Positions 30,813 to 39,500 of a stretch of 64,000 nt of DNA are shown here, one piece after another; positions within the stretch are counted from its first letter, which is position 1, and each line of letters starts with the position of its first letter. The translations under genes were made by a program, and so were the position numbers. The stretch comes from Candidatus Poribacteria bacterium. Its GTDB lineage: Bacteria; Poribacteria; WGA-4E; WGA-3G. The stretch covers positions 3,328,001-3,392,000 of the forward strand of contig OZ243938.1 of assembly GCA_965214095.1 (NCBI GenBank). Direction: 5' to 3'. The notes under the pieces were generated by a model. The model was given only the letters and a program-made list of their open reading frames with translations. It ran no database searches and had not been told where the DNA came from.

Positions 30813-33800
30813 ATGATTGAGGTTAATATTTTGGAATTTGTTCATCTACACAATCACAGTGAATATAGCATGCTTGATAGTGCGTGTCGTATACCCGATA
30901 TGATTCAGTGGACAGTTGAGAATAGTGCGCCGGCTGTTGCCCTCACCGACCATGGTAATATGTTCGGTGCATGGGATTTTTACACAACTGCAAAACAGGC
31001 TGGGATCAACCCTATTGTCGGGTGTGAGGTGTATGTTGCTCCAAGACACCGAAAAAAACAGCCGAAGAATCCAAAGAATTTATACCATCTAACATTGCTT
31101 GCCGAAGATGTGTCAGGCTATCACAATCTGATAAAGTTGGTATCTCTTGGTTACATTGAGGGTTTCTGTGAGAAGCCGTGTATTGATTTGGAAATGTTGC
31201 GTGAGCACCGGGACGGCATTATTGCTCTGACGGGTTGTATTCAGGGACAAATACCACAACTCCTCTGTTCAAATAGACAGATGGCAGCTGCTCAGCATTT
31301 TAAGACGTTTGTTGATATTATGTCTCCGCGGAATATTTACGTTGAGATCCAGAATCATTATACGGATAAGGAACTGAAAACATATCCGATGCTGGTTGAT
31401 TTAGCGCGCGAATTTGAAATACCGCTCGTTGCGACGAACAATTGCCATTACTTATCTAAATCCGACTACCGTATATGGCAAATACTTCTTTGTATCCAAA
31501 AAAAGAAAAGCATCAATGCTCCCGATAGGATACGGCGTGGGAATCACTATTATTTTAAAAGTAGAGATGAAATGCAAGTTGCATTCAGGAATTACCCGCC
31601 TGAAGCGATCAGCAACACTCTTCAAATTGCCCAAAGGTGTCAGCTGAATCTGGATTACGGCAAGAGTGTGATGCCGAATTACGAGGTGCCTGATGGATAC
31701 ACTGATGACAGCTACCTCAAGGAGTTGTGCTACAAAGGGTTGCAAGAGAAGATGGGTGGAGAACTCACATCAGCTGTGCGAACGCGTTTGGATTATGAGC
31801 TTGAAACAATTCGCAAAACAGGATATGCCGGTTATTTTTTGATTGTGTGGGACTACATTGACTACGCAAACAAACAAGGATACCCACTTTCCACAAGGGG
31901 ATCCGCTGCAAGCAGCCTTGCCCTTTACGCACTCGGTGTAAATTCTTTCAATCCAATGGACCACGGTTGCATGTTTGAAAGGTTTTTGAACACTGAGCGA
32001 ATTAGTCCGCCTGATATTGATATAGATTTTGCTGATCGCATTCGGGACGATGTTATTAATTATCTTGTCAAAAAATATGGTCATGACTCTGTGGGTAAAG
32101 TTGCGACCTTTTCAACGATGGGTGCAAAGGTTGCTATCACGGATGTCGGGAAAGTTTTAGATATACCGATAGAAAACCTGAAAAAGTTGACAAGATTGGT
32201 GAATCACCTGCCTGAACTTACCGTTCAGAATATTGTAAGACATGCCCCCAGTTTTAAGAAGTTAGTGAAATGTCCTGAATATAAAGAATTAATAGCCGTC
32301 AGTAGAGAACTTGTGGGATTGAAAAGGCATGTATCGTCACACGCTTCTGCCATCGTTGTTTCAAATGGGTCGCTTAGCAATTATATGCCACTCTTTACAG
32401 ATAAACATGGTCAAGTTGTGACACAGTTTGAAGGTAAAACTGTTGAAGATGTTGGCATCGTCAAATTTGATTCACTCGGTTTGAGAAGCCTGACAAAGAC
32501 CGATGATTGTGTGAAAATGGTTAAATCCAACAGAGGTAAGGCAATAAAATTAGAAGATATTCCTTTTGATGATGCACAGACCTATCAACTCGTTGGTAAA
32601 GGTTTAATCTCCGGTTTGTTCCAACTGGAAACTTCCGATGGTATGCGGCGGCTTGTAACAGAACTGAAAGCAGAGACCTTTCAGGATTTCTGTGCAATTG
32701 CTGCAATTTACCGTCCCGGCCCGCTGCTCAGCGGTACAACGCAGCGATTTATCAACCGTAAAAATGGAAGGGAACAGGTTAAATCTGTACACCCGCTGCT
32801 TAAGGAAACACTAAAAGACACGTACGGATTGTGTATTTACCAAGAACATGTGATGCAGATTGCCCGTGATATTGCGGGGTACACGCTCGGTGAAGCGGAT
32901 GTTCTACGATATGCCATGGGACGCGTGAATAAACAACTTTTGAAAGATCAACGACAGAAGTTTCTTTCAGGTGCAATAAAGAACGGCATTTCCGATAAAG
33001 AGGCTGAAACTATCTTTGACATGATAGAACCCTTTGGTGGATACGCCTTCAATAAATCACACTCTGTTGCTTATGCTATAGTTACTTATAGGATGGCATA
33101 TCTAAAGGCGCATTACCCGCACGAATTTATGGCGGCGATTATGACAAGTGAGGCTGATTATACTCCCAGACTTATCGGCTATCGTGACGAATGTAGACAT
33201 TTGGCAAGGCATTTGGGTGTAGATATTAATTTACTTCCGCCAGACATCAATGTCAGTGATAAGTATTTTACGGTAAATGGCAATGCTATAAACTTCGGAC
33301 TCATTGTTATCAAAAATGTTGGTGGAAAAGCGATAGATGCGATCATAGCAGAACGAGAGGCAGGAGGCGTGTTCAGATCGCTACAAGATTTTTGCGAACG
33401 CGTGGATACGAGAGTTGTTAATATACGTGTAATTGAGAGTCTTATCTTATGTGGAGCTTTTGATCGCATTGATGCACATAGAGCAAAACTGGTCGCTAAC
33501 TTAGAAAAGATCATCAAAGTTTCCAGAGCAGTGAGAGCGTCACTGGCACGCGGGCAGCTAAGCCTCTTTCAGATAGACATTCCGCTTACGGATACGCCTG
33601 AATATGAACCGTTGGAACGATTCAAATATGAAAAGGATCTTCTCGGTTTTTATGTATCAGGTCACCCACTGACTGAATATGAGGACATTATCAAATACTT
33701 TACAACTGCCAATTCTCAAACGGTTCACGAACATAAACTTGATTCTATAGTGTCTATAGTTGGGATGGTAAAGAGCGGGAGAGTGAAGCACACAAAATCA

Positions 33801-34094
33801 AGTGGCACAACACTTCAACTTAAGATAGAAGACCTTGAAGGGTATGTAGAGGTATTTGCGCGTCAAGAGGTATTAGAAAAAGGGATGTCGGTTGAGAAGG
33901 GACAATTTGTTTGGATTGAGGGCAAAATCAGAAATATGCCGCGTGGTAGTAAGGGCAAAACAACAACAGAAAAACGGATATACGCAAGTAGGATTATGGA
34001 TATCACTGCTGTTACCGAGAATTTGACATCTGCGGTAGAGGTGAAAATAGCGGAGTCTGACATCAACAACCTGCAGAAACTGAAGGTTGAGTAA
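30813..34094 (+). CDS. dnaE: DNA polymerase III alpha subunit (divergent), C-terminally truncated by an IS607 insertion
   Basis: PHP HLHNHSEYS, ALTDHG; RGSAA; PDIDIDF; KFD; YAFNKSHS; clamp motif QLSLF; OB fold. The final VE and stop come from the IS. Confidence 0.95.
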   Translation: MIEVNILEFVHLHNHSEYSMLDSACRIPDMIQWTVENSAPAVALTDHGNMFGAWDFYTTAKQAGINPIVGCEVYVAPRHRKKQPKNPKNLYHLTLLAEDVSGYHNLIKLVSLGYIEGFCEKPCIDLEMLREHRDGIIALTGCIQGQIPQLLCSNRQMAAAQHFKTFVDIMSPRNIYVEIQNHYTDKELKTYPMLVDLAREFEIPLVATNNCHYLSKSDYRIWQILLCIQKKKSINAPDRIRRGNHYYFKSRDEMQVAFRNYPPEAISNTLQIAQRCQLNLDYGKSVMPNYEVPDGYTDDSYLKELCYKGLQEKMGGELTSAVRTRLDYELETIRKTGYAGYFLIVWDYIDYANKQGYPLSTRGSAASSLALYALGVNSFNPMDHGCMFERFLNTERISPPDIDIDFADRIRDDVINYLVKKYGHDSVGKVATFSTMGAKVAITDVGKVLDIPIENLKKLTRLVNHLPELTVQNIVRHAPSFKKLVKCPEYKELIAVSRELVGLKRHVSSHASAIVVSNGSLSNYMPLFTDKHGQVVTQFEGKTVEDVGIVKFDSLGLRSLTKTDDCVKMVKSNRGKAIKLEDIPFDDAQTYQLVGKGLISGLFQLETSDGMRRLVTELKAETFQDFCAIAAIYRPGPLLSGTTQRFINRKNGREQVKSVHPLLKETLKDTYGLCIYQEHVMQIARDIAGYTLGEADVLRYAMGRVNKQLLKDQRQKFLSGAIKNGISDKEAETIFDMIEPFGGYAFNKSHSVAYAIVTYRMAYLKAHYPHEFMAAIMTSEADYTPRLIGYRDECRHLARHLGVDINLLPPDINVSDKYFTVNGNAINFGLIVIKNVGGKAIDAIIAEREAGGVFRSLQDFCERVDTRVVNIRVIESLILCGAFDRIDAHRAKLVANLEKIIKVSRAVRASLARGQLSLFQIDIPLTDTPEYEPLERFKYEKDLLGFYVSGHPLTEYEDIIKYFTTANSQTVHEHKLDSIVSIVGMVKSGRVKHTKSSGTTLQLKIEDLEGYVEVFARQEVLEKGMSVEKGQFVWIEGKIRNMPRGSKGKTTTEKRIYASRIMDITAVTENLTSAVEVKIAESDINNLQKLKVE

Positions 34095-34153
34095 CAGTAT
34101 CTAAATATCTATATTTTTCTTGATATTTCTCTGGATTTATAGTATACTATTAT

Positions 34154-34741
34154 ATGGCTTATGTATCAGCACGTAAAGCAAGTGAACTGCTGGATTATAC
34201 CCCCGACCATTTAAGGAAGTTGGCAAATGAAGGAAAGATTGAATATATCCGCACAGGAGGCGGACACAGACGCTATGATGTTGAAGGATACATCAAAAGC
34301 AAATCCCAATCAATTGCAACTGTTTGCTACTGCAGAGTATCCAGCACGAAGCAAAGAGATGATCTTGAACGACAAGTTGAATATATGCGAAGCATCTACC
34401 CCTCAGCAGAAGTTATCAGAGACATCGGAAGTGGTATCAACTTCAAAAGGAAAGGGCTTAGAACCTTATTGGAACGGCTTATGCAAGGTGATAAGCTCCA
34501 AGTTGTTATTGCCCATCGGGATAGGCTCGCCCGATTCGGTATCGACCTTATACAATACCTCATTGAACAAAACGGTGGCGAACTCGTGGTTCTCGATCAA
34601 ACAGAACACAGTCCGCAAGAAGAACTCACTGCGGATCTTCTCGCAATCCTGCATGTCTTCAGTAGCCGGATGCACGGGCTCCGAAGTTACCGTGACAAAA
34701 TCAAAGAAGATAAGAGTTTATCCGACAACAGAACAACGTGA
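34154..34741 (+). CDS. tnpA: IS607 serine-recombinase transposase TnpA
   Basis: N-terminal MerR-like HTH (RTGGGHRRY), YCRVSS, DLERQ, DIGSGINFKRKGL, HRDRLARFG. Confidence 0.96.
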   Translation: MAYVSARKASELLDYTPDHLRKLANEGKIEYIRTGGGHRRYDVEGYIKSKSQSIATVCYCRVSSTKQRDDLERQVEYMRSIYPSAEVIRDIGSGINFKRKGLRTLLERLMQGDKLQVVIAHRDRLARFGIDLIQYLIEQNGGELVVLDQTEHSPQEELTADLLAILHVFSSRMHGLRSYRDKIKEDKSLSDNRTT

Positions 34742-35809
34742 AACACTGCGTCAGTGGTTTGGCACAGCACGTTTTACCTACAACAAAACGGTTGTTTTGT
34801 TGAACGAAACAGACACAAAGGCACATTGGAAAGCGATAAAAACAGGCATTCTTCACGATCTACCTGATTGGAGCAAAGAAACGCCGTATCAGATAAAGTC
34901 TATTGCTATCCGTGATGCTTGTATTGCTGTTAGAGAAGCGAAGCAAAAATGTCAAAAAACAGGTAAGTTTCAATCTGTGTCTTTCAAATCTAAACGGCAT
35001 CCCTCAGATAGTATTTTCATGCCAAAATCTGCTATAAAACCACGCGGTGTCTATCACACCTTACTTGGTGATCTAAAGATGTCAGAAATGTTGCCTGATA
35101 ATATCTCTGACTCCCGACTTGTGAAAAAGAATGACAAATACTATTTATGTGTATCTTATACTGTGACAACTCCGAAGCGAAAGCCAAACGGACGTGTTGT
35201 TGCTTTAGACCCTGGCGTGAGAACATTCCTCACATATTTTCATGAGCGTGGTTTCGGATGGCTTGGACACCATGCTATTAATCGGATTCAAAGACTTTGT
35301 TCATATCTCGATGACCTATTATCTCGTGCAGCTAAAGCAGGTAGACAATCACGCAAGAATATGAGACGTGCTGCAAACAGAATACGCACACGTATAAAAA
35401 ATCTTGTAGATGAATTGCATCATAAAGTCGCACGATACCTTGTGGATACCTTTGATATTATCTTACTCCCAACGTTTGAGACTTCAGATATGGTAATGCG
35501 TGGAAAACGAAAACTACGAAAGAGGTCTGTCCGACAAATGTTGACACTCTCTCACTACAGATTCAAACAGTTCCTAAAACATAAAGCGAAAGAAACTGGA
35601 TCTATCGTCGTTGATGTCTGTGAAGCATACACATCAAAACAGTTTCTTGGAATGGTGAGATGAGAAAATCACTCGGCGGACGCAAGATAATCAAAGATAG
35701 CATAGGACGCAAGATGAACAGAGACTTGAATGGCGCACGTGGGATATTCCTGCGTGCTTTGGTAGATGAACCCTGGTTACTCTCTATGAGTAACTTGCAA
35801 ACCGTATAA
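34227..35809 (+). pseudogene. tnpB: IS607 TnpB RNA-guided nuclease (Fanzor2-like), frameshifted near 35636-35639
   Basis: KIRVYPT, ARFTYN, ALDPGVRTF, DELHHK, CEAYTSK. RuvC-III (MNRDLNGARGIFLR) lies in the -1 frame and ends at TAA 35807-35809. The true start is uncertain. Confidence 0.88.
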
Positions 35810-35858
35810 GATGTGAAATACATAGTATCGCACGGATATATACAGGTTAATATCATCG

Positions 35859-36068
35859 GCTTTACAGGATATTGCACTTACTAACAGTGGGGACCTCCAT
35901 TTAATCCTGCGACTCGCGAGTCCGCGTTATGGTGATGTGATTGTACGGTGTGGTATGGCATATAAGATCGCTAATGATGATACTGTTTTTAAACAGGTGA
36001 ACAAACTGTTTGGAGAGAATAGCATTAAACGTAGCAATCGCACGCAACGTTTTAGGCGGAATCCGTAG
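35859..36068 (+). pseudogene. dnaE: Detached C-terminal 69 codons of dnaE
   Basis: Translates ALQDIALTNSGDLHLILRLASPRYGDVIVRCG...FKQVNKLFGENSIK...NP*. It is in frame with upstream dnaE after IS excision and resembles the alpha-subunit C-terminal domain. Confidence 0.85.
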
Positions 36069-36243
36069 GTGTTGTCTGAACCAGGATTTTCAGGATTAGA
36101 GTTTGGTTCTGTGAAGTCCCTATCTAAAACTCGACCACTATCTTTTGAATGACATTTATAATACCATTATAACCCTGCTCTATCCACAGGGTTATTTAGT
36201 TTTAATAATTTTCAATCGATGAACGTTACTAAGAGTTTATATC

Positions 36244-36320
36244 GTAGGTCGGGTAGAGCGTTAGCGAAACCCGACACGTTCAATGCTTGTCGGGTTTCGC
36301 TAACGCTCTACCCGACCTAC
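36244..36320. repeat. GTAG-REP doublet (REPIN-like)
   Basis: gtaggtcgggtagagcgttagcgaaacccgac plus its perfect inverted copy. A related doublet lies at 52893-52973. Confidence 0.85.
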
Positions 36321-36486
36321 AGGTGTTATATTGAAATGTGAAAAATATAGCAGAAAAACTTAAAACTACATAACACTGTCTCTATCCAGAATCTCTTTCT
36401 ATACAAGTTTGAATTGTGATATAATAGTTTTAGAATATAGACAATCTATTGATGATACCTTGTAAAAGCAATGAAGGAGCATTCGG

Positions 36487-36954
36487 ATGTCAAATGAAGG
36501 AAGACGTTCTTTTTTACAAATCGCATCGGCTTTCATCGGTGGGTTAATTGGCTTAGCTGCCGGTATTCCACTGATCGGATTTGCAATCTCACCTGCGTGG
36601 AAAAAAGAAGAATCGCAGTGGGTTGACCTCGGTTTGGTAGACCGTCTAAAAAACAGCCGCTTCAAAAAAGTAAATTATACTTTCACAGCAAAAGATGGTT
36701 GGGTGAAAGCAACGAAAAAACGTTCTGTCTATGTGACGGATGTTGGTAATGGGGAGTGGGATGTCTTTTCACGGACGTGTTCACATCTCGGTTGCCTTGT
36801 CCGATGGAACGAGAGCCAAGAAGCCTTCCTCTGCCCGTGTCACGGTGCGGTGTTTGATAAGGACGGAGCTGTTGTTGCAGGTCCACCACCAAAACCTTTG
36901 CAAAAACTTGAGGTCAAAGTAGAAGCCGGCGTTTTATATGTAAAGGAGGCGTAA
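36487..36954 (+). CDS. qcrA: Rieske iron-sulfur subunit of a quinol:cytochrome c reductase
   Basis: Tat motif RRSFL, CSHLGC, CPCHG, GPPPKPL. Confidence 0.93.
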   Translation: MSNEGRRSFLQIASAFIGGLIGLAAGIPLIGFAISPAWKKEESQWVDLGLVDRLKNSRFKKVNYTFTAKDGWVKATKKRSVYVTDVGNGEWDVFSRTCSHLGCLVRWNESQEAFLCPCHGAVFDKDGAVVAGPPPKPLQKLEVKVEAGVLYVKEA

Positions 36955-38154
36955 GTGAAGCAATTTCTAAATGATCGTCTCCCGTTAGATGGGATGATGG
37001 CACATCTGCGAAAACCGCTGCCGAAACATATCAATCTGCTTTTCTCACTAGGCAGCTTAGCCGTGTTCCTGCTACTGCTACAAGCAGTGACAGGTGCATT
37101 CTTAGCCATGTCCTATTCTCCTTCACCAGACCATGCCCACAATGCTGTGACATATATCAGCGAAGAGATGCCTTTCGGTAGTTTTGTGCGCGGATTACAT
37201 CATTGGGGTGCCAGTGCGATGGTCATCATCGTCTTTCTCCATATACTCCGGGTCGTGCTATATGGGTCATATAAGGCACCGCGCGAACTTACGTGGGTTG
37301 TCGGTGTGCTTCTGTTTCTGGTAACGCTCGGTTTCGGATTTACAGGCTATTTACTGCCGTGGGATGAAAAGGCGTATTGGGCAACAGTTGTCGGTGTAGA
37401 AATTGCAGGCACCGCACCTGTGTTGGGTGAAGTGGTTGCGAAAGTGATGCGCGGTGGTGCTGAAATTGGTGCGGTAACACTATCACGATTTTACGCACTG
37501 CATACGATATGGCTGCCCTGGATTGCATTCGGTTTAGTCGGTGTACACCTTTTCCTTGTCCGATATTACGGATCATCAGGATTACCGAAAAATACATCAG
37601 AGGAGATGAGAACCGGCAAACCTTTCTTTCCGGATCAGGTATTTGAAGATGTTGTCGGTATGTTCATTCTGTTTGTCGTGCTTGCTTGTGCTGCGTTGTT
37701 CGCTGAAGTCCCGCTTGAGAAAGTTGCAGACCCAACAAACGCAAATTACGATCCGCGTCCCGAATGGTATTTCCTATTCCTCTTTCAACTGCTGAAATAC
37801 TTCCAGGGTCCATTTGAAATCCTTGGCACGTTTGTGATCCCGACAGTCGGCATGTTGCTACTGCTATTCCTCCCGTTCTTAGACAGGAGTGAACGTAAAG
37901 TTCTTTGGAAACGTCCGATTGCACTCACAGTAACAACAGTGTCTGTCGTTGCGATTGTTGGGTTGACGATACTCGGTGCAACTGCTCCGAAACTTGATAT
38001 GCAGGAAGAAACACCTCCCACAGAAGAAGTGCAACAAGTCACTCCACCTGATACACAAATGCCAGATTCAGATGAAGAGGAAGATGTGTTTGAATTCAAT
38101 TTGACTGAGGAGGAAATTGATGCGGCACAAGAGGTGGAAGGAGAATCGGAATAA
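36955..38154 (+). CDS. qcrB: Cytochrome b (b6 and subunit IV fused) with an acidic tail
   Basis: RGLHHWGAS, GFTGYLLPWD, RFYALH, PEWYFL. Confidence 0.92.
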   Translation: MKQFLNDRLPLDGMMAHLRKPLPKHINLLFSLGSLAVFLLLLQAVTGAFLAMSYSPSPDHAHNAVTYISEEMPFGSFVRGLHHWGASAMVIIVFLHILRVVLYGSYKAPRELTWVVGVLLFLVTLGFGFTGYLLPWDEKAYWATVVGVEIAGTAPVLGEVVAKVMRGGAEIGAVTLSRFYALHTIWLPWIAFGLVGVHLFLVRYYGSSGLPKNTSEEMRTGKPFFPDQVFEDVVGMFILFVVLACAALFAEVPLEKVADPTNANYDPRPEWYFLFLFQLLKYFQGPFEILGTFVIPTVGMLLLLFLPFLDRSERKVLWKRPIALTVTTVSVVAIVGLTILGATAPKLDMQEETPPTEEVQQVTPPDTQMPDSDEEEDVFEFNLTEEEIDAAQEVEGESE

Positions 38155-38174
38155 CTTATCTGAAAAGTCACAAT

Positions 38175-39467
38175 ATGGAAGAACAACTCACACTTTTTCC
38201 CATAGATACCGAGTTTGAAGTCACAAAAGGGAGGATGACATCTGACAAGGTAGAATTTGTCTCCTTCCGCGAGTTAGTTCCAGAAATCACCGATACCGGC
38301 TACCTAACACATGCCATCGTATCTTATCCCGCAAAATTCATTCCGCAAGTTGTCAGATATGCAATCAATACCTACACGAAAGAAGATGACTGGATCATTG
38401 ATCCATTCGCAGGTTCTGGCACTGTAGGCGTAGAAGCGTATCTCTGCAAACGCAATGCACTTCTCTATGACCTGAACCTACTCCTAAATCACATCATGCC
38501 TTTGAAAGTCTATCGTGGAGAAGCACGGTTAAGTAAAGAAAATCTCTGTAAATTACTGGACGACATGCAGAACAGTAAGACACATCAGTTCACACCTGCC
38601 TGGTCCAATGTTGAATACTGGTACGCACCTGAAATTTTGGCACTGCTCTCACAATATTGGGGATATATACACAGCATAGATCAAGATGTCTATACAGGTA
38701 TAATCAAATCAGCACTGCTAAAGGTTAGCAAACGGTTCTCTTTCACTGAGCATAGAACACCAAAGTTAGCGAGATCTAAACGAAAATTAGCAGCAATAGA
38801 TGAATTGCTTCAGGAAAATTGGGAGGCGCAGCTGAATCAGATGGTTCATGACCACTCCTTGAAAACACTTACAGCCATCAACAACTTTATGATGCATACA
38901 CGGAATCGTCAGAATCATGTTGAATTTCAGGGAGGCGTGGATTCCTCCTATATTGAAGTGCCACGCGAATGTGACGCATTGATAACATCACCACCCTATC
39001 TACAAGCACAGGAATATATCCGCTCTACAAAGTTGTATCTCTTTTGGTTAGGGCACACTGAGGAAGAGGTTCGCGAGTTATCCCGTCTTGAAATTCCGTA
39101 TCGAAAGGCAGATAGGATAATCCATACCGAGACATTGGATACAGTCAGAGAGCAGTTGACTCGAAAAGATCTGATTAACCGTCTTGACTCATACTTTTGC
39201 CACACGATAAATGCACTTGAAAATGCTATGAGCAGCTTGAAACCTAACGCAGCCGCATGCATTTTCGTCGGTAATCCCCGTATTGATGGAATAACCGTTG
39301 AGTTGTGGAGAATCCTGTCGGAATACTTCACAGAACGAGGGTTTTCGCACGAAAAAGTTTATGAAGATAGGATAAAAACACGGCAGCTGTTCGGTGTGCG
39401 GAAGAATAAGAACCCTGATGGAATGAAGTCAGAATACTTGCTAATCCTGAAAAAAGCAAATGTTTGA
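38175..39467 (+). CDS. Amino-DNA methyltransferase (probably m4C), orphan
   Basis: YPAKFIP, motif I DPFAGSGT, motif IV TSPPY. Confidence 0.85.
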   Translation: MEEQLTLFPIDTEFEVTKGRMTSDKVEFVSFRELVPEITDTGYLTHAIVSYPAKFIPQVVRYAINTYTKEDDWIIDPFAGSGTVGVEAYLCKRNALLYDLNLLLNHIMPLKVYRGEARLSKENLCKLLDDMQNSKTHQFTPAWSNVEYWYAPEILALLSQYWGYIHSIDQDVYTGIIKSALLKVSKRFSFTEHRTPKLARSKRKLAAIDELLQENWEAQLNQMVHDHSLKTLTAINNFMMHTRNRQNHVEFQGGVDSSYIEVPRECDALITSPPYLQAQEYIRSTKLYLFWLGHTEEEVRELSRLEIPYRKADRIIHTETLDTVREQLTRKDLINRLDSYFCHTINALENAMSSLKPNAAACIFVGNPRIDGITVELWRILSEYFTERGFSHEKVYEDRIKTRQLFGVRKNKNPDGMKSEYLLILKKANV

Positions 39468-39500
39468 AACATTTCAAAAAATCAAGTGGGGAGACAGTCA

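Larger units (their letters stand above)
34087..35859 (+). mobile_element. IS607-family element (tnpA plus tnpB)
   Basis: GG at both junctions (34085-34086 and 35858-35859). Removing the element restores the dnaE frame. No TIR or TSD. Confidence 0.93.

Noticed and set aside
35631-35645. Programmed -1 frameshift in tnpB
   Set aside because: TCA AAA CAG is not a canonical X XXY YYZ slippery heptamer and no clear stimulator follows. A deletion or sequencing error is simpler.
34087-35859. IStron (group I intron plus IS607) that would splice out of dnaE mRNA
   Set aside because: Only 67 nt lie between the left end and tnpA, and 50 nt between the tnpB stop and the right end. There is no room for a group I ribozyme core, and I saw no such motifs.
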